Below are positions 48,010 through 56,925 of a stretch of 64,000 nucleotides of DNA, piece by piece. The DNA is taken from contig CAZWPT010000045.1 in assembly GCA_964635675.1 (NCBI GenBank), positions 79,691-143,690 of the forward strand. The letters are read 5' to 3'. The stretch is from an uncultured Nitrososphaerota archaeon (lineage in GTDB: Archaea > Thermoproteota > EX4484-205 > JAAOZP01). The translations under genes were made by a program, and so were the position numbers. The notes under the pieces are model-generated. The model was not told the origin of the DNA, did not search any database, and worked only from the letters and a program-made list of their open reading frames with translations. The number at the start of each line of letters is the position of its first letter. Within the stretch, counting starts at the first letter, position 1.

Positions 48010-48417
48010 TCACGGGTTGGCTGCAAGTTTAATTGCTAGGTCTTGCAGATCGCCAACTGCTTCCTTTAGAAGCAACGTTGCAGCCCCAGGCTTCCTCTCA
48101 TATACCACCATGCCGCTCGTCAATACTTTAAGCTTAAACCATGGCGGAGCGTCATCCACAACTCTGGTGTCAACAGGGATACGGAGCACTTTTGAAAGCT
48201 CAATGCAAAGTTCGGTCTCAAGGCTAAGCGGGTCCTCGACCAGGCCGCCTGTATAAATTGCCACATCCATGTCTCTGAAAAAATTCCTCCGCGTAAAGCC
48301 TCCGTAAACCACAGCCACAAGAACTTCTCCATGACGCGAAAGATACTCCCGGAGCTTCTCTAGTGCCTCTTCCTTCTCCTGCGACCCCGCCTCATAGTAC
48401 TTAACCTCTCTCGACGT
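48010..48417 (-). CDS. Minimal nucleotidyltransferase (MNT) antitoxin, apparent start codon ACG
   Basis: YGGF...RDMDVAIY and VDTRVVDDAP. Frame open to ACG at 48417, which follows the SD GAGGAGGTGA (SREVKYYE...). Confidence 0.75.
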   Translation of the reverse strand, partial: TSREVKYYEAGSQEKEEALEKLREYLSRHGEVLVAVVYGGFTRRNFFRDMDVAIYTGGLVEDPLSLETELCIELSKVLRIPVDTRVVDDAPPWFKLKVLTSGMVVYERKPGAATLLLKEAVGDLQDLAIKLAANP

Positions 48418-48825
48418 ACTCCCTCACCTCCTCAACGAACTTGCTAATCAGCCGCATACTGGAGGCTTTAGCCTCCCGATAGATCCTTGAGTCATTAACC
48501 AACCAGTACCTGTGCACGATGAGATTCCTCAAGCTGGCGAGAGCAGCCATTCCGGTGCAGTCTCAGGTTTGATCACGCCGTTGTAGGAGAGCTCCTCAAA
48601 CGCCTCTCCGTAGCTCTCAACCCTCTTTTTGAATTTATCCGATAAGATGTGGAGGGCTATCGATGCTGCAGACTCTACCGTCAATAGCACTAGGTGCTTG
48701 AGAGCGAGTCTGGACTCAAAGCTAGTTGTAAACTCTTCCTCGCTCTTCTCAAGTATAAGCTTCATATAGCTGAGAGCTTCCTCTACTTCCCTTAGCCTAC
48801 GCCCTATGAAATCGGAGTTAATCAC
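48401..48825 (-). pseudogene. HEPN (DUF86) RNase toxin, frameshifted at about 48555
   Basis: ESYGEAFEEL in frame 1. The catalytic RNLIVH (Rx4H) followed by RYW lies in another frame ending TAA at 48401. Confidence 0.8.
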
Positions 48826-49279
48826 GCTAATAGCTTTTTCAATGCAGCATTATTTAAGCATGGCGGTTGCAGATGAAGACTTATTGGAACAAGAGTAGCA
48901 GGGTAACACACGTGCTAAGCCCATCTTCCTGTTAGTGTGTAATGGCGTTGTGATAACCCCTTAGATTGAGGTCTTAGGACGTTTTATCAAGCCGAAGCAC
49001 CATGAGGAGTATTATGATGCCTACCAGTATAGTTGGCACGCGAGTTATGAAAACAATGCAGGAGAGATTTTCCAGAGGAGACGTGCACTACTTGAGGCCT
49101 GGCGTCCCAGATATTTGTTTCGCAGCATTTAGAAGCCCGAACAGCAAGCTCCCGCGCGGAAACGAGACGAAGGGGATAAGAACAGTATAGAAGGCAGTGG
49201 AGAAGCCTATAGGATTCGAAGTGAATTGGAAATGATGACGGTGTTAAATATCTTGCCCTTTTCCAAGTATAGCATATTT

Positions 49280-49795
49280 TTAGGCTCGCACTGCTTGTTT
49301 CGGATGATAAACTTTGATACCAAGGCTTTTTCTTATGCTCTCTGCTTTTTTAAGTATTTCTTCGTCTCCAGTGGCAAATAGATTTATGCCGGATGTTTTC
49401 TTCAGAATCCACGCATAAGACAGGTGGAGCATATCCAGTGTTCTAAGGCATAATGAGCCTGCCAGCTTAGTCGCAACATAGTGCTCCAAACTAATTCTAC
49501 AAGCATATCCAGCAAAATCCCTTTTTATGCAGCGACTTTTTGATATTAACTTAAGCCTACAGTCTTTTATTATGAATGTTACCAATGTGTCCATTAAAGG
49601 TTCTGCTTGGAACGGAATGTCAAGCTCATTTCTCAATCTTGAGAGAACGCAATATAATTCAACGAGTGTAATTGGGGATATCACGAAGTTAAAATTGCTT
49701 TCAAAAAACGCGTTAGAATCCTCATACAGTTCGTCCAACGGTTTATACCTGGCTATTATGAGGCTGGTGTCAACGTAGTAGCTTGGAGTATCCAA
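49280..49795 (-). CDS. vapC: PIN-domain toxin
   Basis: YVDTS, TLVEL, LRTLDMLH and FATGD. Confidence 0.85.
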   Translation of the reverse strand: MDTPSYYVDTSLIIARYKPLDELYEDSNAFFESNFNFVISPITLVELYCVLSRLRNELDIPFQAEPLMDTLVTFIIKDCRLKLISKSRCIKRDFAGYACRISLEHYVATKLAGSLCLRTLDMLHLSYAWILKKTSGINLFATGDEEILKKAESIRKSLGIKVYHPKQAVRA

Positions 49796-49802
49796 CTTAC
49801 TT

Positions 49803-50075
49803 TCATTCTCCCCTCCCTTCTCTTACGAGTTCGATAGCGCTTTTCTTCGATTTGATGACAAAAGGTACTCTTCCTTTCTTCCTCCTTTCCTCTAAAGCTG
49901 CTAACAGTTCCTTTGAAACTCGTATTTCGCCTTCGAAAAATTCTTCTCCCTCAACCTCAAGGGCAAGCAATTCTTCAATCAAACTTTTAAGAGTAACCCC
50001 CCTCTTTATCGCAAGTAGTTTCACCTTCCTCCAAAGCTCTGGATTGAGTTTCAGGGAAGTAATTTTATCGGTCAT
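49803..50075 (-). CDS. Antitoxin (RHH-like)
   Basis: ITSLKL..LWRKVKLLA..RGVTL; C-terminal SAIELVREGR typical of archaeal VapB partners. Confidence 0.8.
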   Translation of the reverse strand: MTDKITSLKLNPELWRKVKLLAIKRGVTLKSLIEELLALEVEGEEFFEGEIRVSKELLAALEERRKKGRVPFVIKSKKSAIELVREGRGE

Positions 50076-50078
50076 TAA

Positions 50079-50106
50079 TAAAACTAGTTTTAAAGTAGTA
50101 TTTAAA
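50079..50106. promoter_or_regulatory. TA promoter with 14-bp palindrome TAAAACTAGTTTTA
   Basis: Palindrome at 50079-50092 sits between minus-strand TTTAAATA (50099-50106) and the ATG at 50075. Confidence 0.6.
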
Positions 50107-50346
50107 CCTTGCTTTATAGCTCGTTGTAGATATCACTGCACGCATCCGATAATTTACATTTGTAAGCACGCGCTAACGTATTTACCATCAATATCCGATA
50201 TATCTATAGCTTACCTGACGGATTATATGCCTTACCTATGCTGACGTGTGCCAATATCTTACCGTTTCCATGAAGTATATCAGCGTGTGCTCAATAATTT
50301 ATATTCGTAAAAAAAACTTATATTAAGTTGGCAACTACAGTAATTT

Positions 50347-51330
50347 ATGAAAGAAGGAGTAAAGAATCCAAGGTTCTGGGATCAGATAATTTCATACGGG
50401 TCTTTCCTGATCCTCCTAACTATTGGATGCATTAGTTTTCTTACAATTAGCACTATTCCATTCTCGATGGGGATAAGCAGCAGGCTCGGCCCCTTTTGTC
50501 CTTCTTGTATGAACACGAACGTAAGTTTTAGAATTGAGTTTCCACAAAATAATATGCCGGAAGTAATTAATACAACTCAAGCATTCATAAATAAATTTAA
50601 CAGAATTCCAAAAAGTTTTCCTTATAAAAGAGTGGAGATAGAGCCCCAAAGTAAAGAGATCTTGAAAGAAATATTTCCCTTTCAAGACGTTGCTACATTC
50701 GAAGTTATAGAGAACTATTATATAACAATTTTTTCAACGGACAAACCTAACCATTATCTTGAGGTTTCTTGGAAACTATCTGGAGGTAAGATTGATGTTT
50801 TAGAAAAAAGGACTCAAGTAAGCATTTTTATCCTAAAGACGATTTATTCAAAGTCCTGCAACGATACAACCAATGAGAAAATTCATTACGAAGTAAAGGG
50901 AGAGGCAACTTACTACGAAATCCCGATTCAAATAAATTCTGTAACTTACGTAGAAGGAACCATCTACCATACTTATGACTGGACTACGACATACGCTTAT
51001 CTAGGATCTAATTTGATATATTCGGTGACTGCAGCAGGGGATTTTTACTGGAATTATGGGGTTGAAATTTGGGTTTATGCATATGCTTCTCATCAAGTTC
51101 ACTTCCCACTTTGGACCACATGCTGGTTAAATAAGGAAGTTTCCGGACAACACACAACTGCCTGTTATGTGGAGGCGAGAGGTAGAGCATCCGCTCTCCT
51201 TTACTACGTGCCTCCTTTTCTCTCAGTGAATTTTGAAAATACTGCACAAGTAGGTCACGATTGCTGGGGTGGAGAGAATCATTGGGGCAATGTAAACTTT
51301 TACTATAGCTATGGGCTTCCTTGCATGTAA
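50347..51330 (+). CDS. Hypothetical membrane-anchored/secreted protein, AT-rich
   Basis: N-terminal TM helix and aromatic beta-rich C-terminal half; upstream aaaaacTTATAT promoter. Confidence 0.65.
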   Translation: MKEGVKNPRFWDQIISYGSFLILLTIGCISFLTISTIPFSMGISSRLGPFCPSCMNTNVSFRIEFPQNNMPEVINTTQAFINKFNRIPKSFPYKRVEIEPQSKEILKEIFPFQDVATFEVIENYYITIFSTDKPNHYLEVSWKLSGGKIDVLEKRTQVSIFILKTIYSKSCNDTTNEKIHYEVKGEATYYEIPIQINSVTYVEGTIYHTYDWTTTYAYLGSNLIYSVTAAGDFYWNYGVEIWVYAYASHQVHFPLWTTCWLNKEVSGQHTTACYVEARGRASALLYYVPPFLSVNFENTAQVGHDCWGGENHWGNVNFYYSYGLPCM

Positions 51331-51455
51331 ATAAAACCTCTATCCCCTTTTCCTCGTTTTTGATTAGTATCTGCAAGTAGGTCGAAACCAGGTTAAACTA
51401 GCCTTAACTGTTGGACATTCGAAAGATTTTTTATTTTCTAGTGCACGCTATACAG

Positions 51456-52160
51456 TTATTTAAGTGTGAAGTAAACTCTCCTATTGTTCCTTCCCTTGTT
51501 TTCGACTTTTAAGAGGATCAACTCCCTCACTTCCTTTGTGTTAGCTACGTGAGGCCCACCGTCAGCCTGAATATCCAGCCCCTCTATCTCAACTATCCTG
51601 AGCCTTTCAACACTGGGCGGAGCTGCCTCGGCGAGCTTAACTATCCCAGGTATCTTAAGGGCCTCTTCCCTTGGAAGATAGTATATTTTAACCGTCCTTC
51701 CTGATGCGAGCTCCGTGTTAGTTTCACGGAAAACATCATCTATCAGGGTCCTATCCATCTTCTCAAGGTTCAGGTCGAGCCTAGACTTATCCACGTTAAC
51801 CTGGTTCCCAGTTATTAGGGCCCCAGCCCTCTTATTGAAGACCGATGCTAAAGCGTGAATACCTGTGTGCATCCTCATGATTAGGTATCTTCTCTCCCAG
51901 TCCAGGACACCTTTGACAGTATCGCCCTCGCTAAACCCGTGGCCTGGTGCGGAATGCTGGACCCTTCCCCCTTCGCTTGACACCTGAACGACCTTTACTT
52001 CCCTCCCTTCTTTAATAAGAGTCCCGGTGTCTTCTGGAAGACCTCCTCCCCTAGGGTGAAATGCTGTCTTGTCGAGCACTACACTGTCTCCTAAGACTTC
52101 AACAACCCTAGCTTCGAACTCCTTCAAATACGAATCATTCATATAGAGTAGCTCCGTCAA
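51456..52160 (-). CDS. alaX: Alanyl-tRNA editing protein AlaX-M
   Basis: TAFHPRGGG..DTG, MRMHTGIH, DIQADGGPHV and KGRNNRR. Confidence 0.92.
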   Translation of the reverse strand: MTELLYMNDSYLKEFEARVVEVLGDSVVLDKTAFHPRGGGLPEDTGTLIKEGREVKVVQVSSEGGRVQHSAPGHGFSEGDTVKGVLDWERRYLIMRMHTGIHALASVFNKRAGALITGNQVNVDKSRLDLNLEKMDRTLIDDVFRETNTELASGRTVKIYYLPREEALKIPGIVKLAEAAPPSVERLRIVEIEGLDIQADGGPHVANTKEVRELILLKVENKGRNNRRVYFTLK

Positions 52161-52399
52161 GCCAATGTAATAACATAGCAGAGGAATTTTAACTTTTCCA
52201 CCACATCCGATTTCAACGTTTTAGGCTCCTATAAAGATTAAGGTGCAAAAAGGACGATTATGCCGATTTCAAAAATCCAATTCTTCCAAAAGGGAGACGT
52301 TATCTCTCATGCTGCGCGCGCTGCCAATGTTTTCATCGACCCTTGCTACCGAACATTTATACATCTTTTTGTAGGCCATAAACATTTTATAATCAATCC

Positions 52400-53254
52400 T
52401 TATTCTTTTATGTAACACACCTTAAAATAATAAAACCTATCTTTGGCTTCGATTACGCTATAATCCCCTTCCTTTATCTTTTTCAACATGTCTCCATCAA
52501 CGTTCTTACGTATCCATGTCAAGTAGACATCTTTAGCGAGTATGCTGGCCGCAGCAACCGCCGGGAAAACCTCCCCTTTCTCAACAGCATAAACCTCCAG
52601 TCCATCCAAGGCCTTTTCGATACCCCTCACCCTCAGACCGCTTTTGCTGGCATCGAACTTATCGATGATCACTCGTGTAGGTTTTTCACGGATCTTCGAA
52701 ACAACCCTTTTCAGAACCAAGCCATGTCCCCTCGCAAGGATATCGTTAAGGTTCCCATACTTCTTCGTCCTAAACATCTCGTTAAGCCTGAAGGGACTGA
52801 TTCTTAAAACATAGTAGCTTAGTGAAGCCCGCTTAATCACTCCAGCAAGATCCTGAATCCTGCTCTCCGGAACAATCTTGCTGTCTGCAACGCCTATCGA
52901 CTGGAGGTATGCTGCCTGTCTAGGGGTCAGGGCTGTTGCCGCGACGACAAGGGGGCCTAGGGCTTCGCCCTTCCCAGCCTCATCCGACCCGACGACTATG
53001 CCATCCATCCTATAATGCTCATAAAGGGCTTCCTCCAAAATTCTTCTCACCTCCTCTAAGGACTCATCGTAAACAATACTGCCGGTGCGATAAACTATTA
53101 CGTTTCTACCCCTCACCCTGCCTCTCAAGGCCTCGTACCGACTAGTCGCCGGAACTTCATCAAAATCCGGTGTAGCCTTTAAAGACTCAATAATCCTATT
53201 TAATAAAAGAGTAGGGATGAAGGCTGATATTTGTCTCCCACGAGGCTTCTTCAA
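52400..53254 (-). CDS. Type 2 ribonuclease H with RNase HIII-like features
   Basis: GSDEAGKG, GPLVVAA, VADSK, IIDKF and KGE...AVAAASILAK; N-terminal VIVYRTGSIV TBP-like domain. Confidence 0.82.
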   Translation of the reverse strand: MKKPRGRQISAFIPTLLLNRIIESLKATPDFDEVPATSRYEALRGRVRGRNVIVYRTGSIVYDESLEEVRRILEEALYEHYRMDGIVVGSDEAGKGEALGPLVVAATALTPRQAAYLQSIGVADSKIVPESRIQDLAGVIKRASLSYYVLRISPFRLNEMFRTKKYGNLNDILARGHGLVLKRVVSKIREKPTRVIIDKFDASKSGLRVRGIEKALDGLEVYAVEKGEVFPAVAAASILAKDVYLTWIRKNVDGDMLKKIKEGDYSVIEAKDRFYYFKVCYIKE

Positions 53255-53419
53255 CCCTTACGGTAAACGCTATGCTAGCATATTAGTCTTCATTCCACTG
53301 GATTCCGACCTATCCCTTTTCCCTATACGTCGCGCATCCACTCGAATCACGAGCCAATAGGTGGCGGACTCTGAATACCATATTCATACGGCTTTCTTTA
53401 AAAACATGCGAATTAGTCG

Positions 53420-54490
53420 TCACGGGGATTTGGTCAAGCTCCTCATTTTTTCGGCAACGAGCCACGCAGCGGATTCTTCCAACGGCTTTAGGCTCAGAGA
53501 GGCCTCCTCCCTAGCAAGCCGCTTACACTCATCTACGGCAAGGTCGAGTTGAAGCTCCCTAGGTCTAAAGCCTACAATCCTGTGGAAATTCGAACAGTAT
53601 ATTTTCTCGAGCGTCCCCCTCGGCAGATTTAAGCCCTGATCTGTTTCCAGAAATTCCCTGACAAGCCGTACCTTGGCTAGTGCGCTTTCAACCCTCTCGC
53701 CGCCAAATATGTCGGTGCCAAACAGTATCCTGTCCTCATATTTCATGAAGAATTCCCGCCAAGCCTCTTTTTTCATCGAGAAATTATGATACATCTCTAT
53801 TCCTGGTGTTAGGTCGAGGTGAACATTCTCATGTTCCTCCAGAAAGCTTGAAGCCGCCTCCATGTCTGCGGAGAGAAAATAGAAATGCGCAAATACAACT
53901 TTTAAACGAGGATGTTTTTCTAAGACCGTTTCAACCTCTTCGTAGAACTGTTCTTTCGGGGGATAAGTCTGGTCGTAAAACCAGCCTTGCGTCTTAGCCC
54001 AAACCGGAACTTTCTCAGGATCCCAGAATTCCTCGGGGTCAGCGACGTGAAAAAGCAGAGGGAGCCCAGTGTCCTCGAGACGCTGAAAATAATCCTCGTA
54101 GAAAGGATCGTCAAACCTGATTTTCAAAAGTTTCCTGCAAACAGGTTTACCCTCAACCATTTTAATCCCGTCAAACCCAATGTTCAGAAGCCTGTCCACC
54201 TGCTCGCGAAGCGGTTGGGGCCGGCTTCCCGTGAAAATGAAAGAGTAGTCAAGGCTTCCGAAAGCGTAGAACATTTCCGGATGTAAAGCTTTTAGAAGCA
54301 ACACGTCAGGATTAAAATTAACCCTCTTATAATCTATGATGCTTAAGAGGGATGCTCCATGGTAACCTGCTTCAGAAACTATTTCAAGAACATTGCTGGC
54401 CTCCCGGATGCTCGTTACATGCATGTGGCAGTCGATCACCGGTATTCTTGCAAACTCTGTTTCCACAGTGCAAGCCATGTTTAAAAACAT
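53420..54490 (-). CDS. Amidohydrolase family 2 protein
   Basis: IDCHMH, GIK, FHVADP, AHF and FGTD. Confidence 0.85.
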   Translation of the reverse strand: MFLNMACTVETEFARIPVIDCHMHVTSIREASNVLEIVSEAGYHGASLLSIIDYKRVNFNPDVLLLKALHPEMFYAFGSLDYSFIFTGSRPQPLREQVDRLLNIGFDGIKMVEGKPVCRKLLKIRFDDPFYEDYFQRLEDTGLPLLFHVADPEEFWDPEKVPVWAKTQGWFYDQTYPPKEQFYEEVETVLEKHPRLKVVFAHFYFLSADMEAASSFLEEHENVHLDLTPGIEMYHNFSMKKEAWREFFMKYEDRILFGTDIFGGERVESALAKVRLVREFLETDQGLNLPRGTLEKIYCSNFHRIVGFRPRELQLDLAVDECKRLAREEASLSLKPLEESAAWLVAEKMRSLTKSP

Positions 54491-54588
54491 TATTAAGCAT
54501 TACTATCCGATCCGGTTGTCCCGGTGGAAGTCTGTAGACGCTTTAATACGCTGAACGCGAGTGCTATTAACCAACCCTGGCTAGGGCC

Positions 54589-55911
54589 TCAGCTGTTGAT
54601 TAGGTTGAGGTCTCCAGTGAACGCTGCCTCCAATATTCCCTTCATGTACCTCTCTACATCCCCTTTTTCAGGGTCTAACGGCACTGGCATGTTGAGCAGC
54701 TTCATCTTGAGCTGCGGGTCTTTGGCTGCAAGCATCATCCGTTCCAGGTGCAGCCTTGAAGCCCCCGCCTCCCTCAGCGTAGTAGGAACCCCTAGAGACC
54801 TGTAGAAAGAGAGAAAACCCTTAGCAACAGCTTCCGCCAGCTTCCTGCCCGCTAGGTTATCCAGATCCTCGCTTATGAAGCCAGAGTCCCTAAGTATTGG
54901 AGCAATAGTGGTGAGCTGATCCTCTATCCTGTCAGCAAAGAACACTGTGTAGTAAGGGTTAAGAATCGCGCAGGCTCTTCCGTGCGTTAGGACGTCGACT
55001 AGCGAAAAACTACCCAGGTGAGGGCCACTTGTTCCACCGATCATTATAGCGTATCCCCCAAGGTCGGTTCCCAGCCCCAGAGCAACCCTAGCCTTCAAAT
55101 CATTCCTCTCTATAGCTGGCCTGAGGCTGTTCACTATTAGCTTGATCCCGACCTGAGCGATCTCCTTTATCCTGCCGTAGTATTCTTTGCCGGTTGCCCC
55201 CATAAATACTTCCCAGATGTGGGAAATGCCGTCGAGAGCCCCGTCTACAGTTAGGTTCCGGGGAGCGCCGAGCGTCACGAGATAGTCGAAGACAGCTTTT
55301 TTCGGGACTATCGCCTCGTCAACGATGAGCTTCTTCTGCCCGGCTACAGGGTCCGTTATGTTCGAGTACTTAGTCAGGTGGGAAGCGGAGCCTGAAGCGG
55401 TTTGCACAGCAATTATCGGCAGAATATCCCTGCCTGTTGCTTTCCCCATCCTTGTTACTAAGCCTGTGCCGAAGTATGGCTCTATTGTGCAAGCCTTATC
55501 CCAGCTGACGCCCAATACGCTGCTAACTTCAGCAGGAGAATACGTGGCCAAGACGCTTGCAGCCTTAACAGCGTCTATCGTGCTTCCCCCGCCAAGCGCG
55601 ATGAGGCTCCTGGGCCTGTAGAGTGCTGCATGATAAGCTATCCTGTAAAGGTCGGCAAGAGGAGAGTTGGGCCTTGCACCCAGAACCACATCGTGCTTAA
55701 TTCCCTCCTTCTTAAGAGAATCAGAAACCCTTTCCAGCGGCTCCCGGATCCAAGGGTTAGCGCTCGACGCCACGAGCAGAGCATTACCACCATATTCTCC
55801 TACAAGGTTCCCAACCCTATCTAGCACAGCCTCTCCAAAGAGGTATGAGCCACCCTTCCATTCGCGTATAAGCTTCTCCGCAGCTTCCATCTCATCCGTA
55901 TACGTGACCAT
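54589..55911 (-). CDS. Iron-containing alcohol dehydrogenase
   Basis: GGGSTIDAVK, TASGSAS, DGISH, H...HG. Confidence 0.88.
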   Translation of the reverse strand: MVTYTDEMEAAEKLIREWKGGSYLFGEAVLDRVGNLVGEYGGNALLVASSANPWIREPLERVSDSLKKEGIKHDVVLGARPNSPLADLYRIAYHAALYRPRSLIALGGGSTIDAVKAASVLATYSPAEVSSVLGVSWDKACTIEPYFGTGLVTRMGKATGRDILPIIAVQTASGSASHLTKYSNITDPVAGQKKLIVDEAIVPKKAVFDYLVTLGAPRNLTVDGALDGISHIWEVFMGATGKEYYGRIKEIAQVGIKLIVNSLRPAIERNDLKARVALGLGTDLGGYAIMIGGTSGPHLGSFSLVDVLTHGRACAILNPYYTVFFADRIEDQLTTIAPILRDSGFISEDLDNLAGRKLAEAVAKGFLSFYRSLGVPTTLREAGASRLHLERMMLAAKDPQLKMKLLNMPVPLDPEKGDVERYMKGILEAAFTGDLNLINS

Positions 55912-56014
55912 CTGCCCTTCTCCTTCATAGATTAATACTCATGCTTAGATAAATTTTGCCTAGGAGAGGACGATTAAAAAGCATGGTTTTTACAAACGCG
56001 TAATGGATCGAGTA

Positions 56015-56275
56015 TTATTCGAGGAAGATCGCGAGCTTGTCGAAAGCATCTAGAAACTCCATTCCCCTCGCCGTCAAGACGAAGACCCTCGGGTCGTCAG
56101 TCCTTCTAGCTATCAACCCGTGTGAAGCCAGTTCCCCAACTAGTTTCTTAACCCTGTCGAGAGGCATGTTGGCCCCGTAAGATAGCCTTGTTATTCCACA
56201 TCCTTCTCCGTGAACCTTCAGCGTCCTGAGAATATCTGCGTACAGCTGGAGCCTATGCCTCTTGGCTTTACCCAT
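56015..56275 (-). CDS. Winged-HTH transcriptional regulator
   Basis: RHRLQLYADIL, ITRLSYGANM and LTARG; SD GGAGGTGA. Confidence 0.85.
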   Translation of the reverse strand: MGKAKRHRLQLYADILRTLKVHGEGCGITRLSYGANMPLDRVKKLVGELASHGLIARRTDDPRVFVLTARGMEFLDAFDKLAIFLE

Positions 56276-56326
56276 GCGCCTCTGCCTTCACCTCCAGACG
56301 CAACTATAAAAAATTTAAGGTTAACC

Positions 56327-56923
56327 CTAGATGGGAGGCTCAGGAAGCTTCTCTACTTTCCTAGAGTTCACCTGTGCCACGTGCTCTAGCTCCAGCTTTT
56401 CAACATACAGGAGTTCACCGGCAACCCTGCAGCCCTGTTTCAAATACGCTTCCCCCGCGTAAACGTTGCGGGCTGAAGAGTTCTCCCCGAGCTCAAGCCG
56501 GCCGGCATAAACATCCTCAACACTCGCGCCACGACCTATTTTCACGTACTCGGCGACAACAGGGCCTATGACTCTACCCCTCCTTCCTATTTCAAACGTT
56601 TTAGACCTGCAACCCCTCCTAGTTTCCACTTTCCCACCAACCTTGACGCCATCCGCGAAACAGGCATCAGCCTCTAAAGCCCCTCCCACTTCCACTACGC
56701 CGGCTTTCAACTCTCCGCCTATCTTCACAACCCCGCCTACCTCCAGCCTGTCTCCTACTGAAGCATTCTCATCCACTTTCAGCCTTCCGCCAACCGACAT
56801 TTTCTTTACGTTAACGGAGCCTTTGACCACGACTGTCCCTCCAACACTTACTTCGTCAACCTCCAAGCTCCCATCCACATCCAGAACACCGCCGACTGAA
56901 ATATGCGTCCCCTTTATTCCCAT
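56327..56923 (-). CDS. Bactofilin-like beta-helix repeat protein (downstream part)
   Basis: Regular (S/E/K)VGG repeats about every 17 aa with Val/Gly-rich beta strands. Confidence 0.75.
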   Translation of the reverse strand: MGIKGTHISVGGVLDVDGSLEVDEVSVGGTVVVKGSVNVKKMSVGGRLKVDENASVGDRLEVGGVVKIGGELKAGVVEVGGALEADACFADGVKVGGKVETRRGCRSKTFEIGRRGRVIGPVVAEYVKIGRGASVEDVYAGRLELGENSSARNVYAGEAYLKQGCRVAGELLYVEKLELEHVAQVNSRKVEKLPEPPI

Positions 56924-56925
56924 TC

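Noticed and set aside
43167..50075. Integron-like cassette array (co-oriented accessory and TA genes)
   Set aside because: No integron integrase and no convincing RYYYAAC...GTTRRRY attC folds by eye; the genes have their own promoters.
49783..50244. 153-aa plus-strand ORF
   Set aside because: Antisense to the antitoxin gene and its promoter.
51540..51580. AlaX zinc ligand Cys replaced by Asp (ADGGPH)
   Set aside because: A common variant in AlaX-M proteins, not evidence of inactivation.
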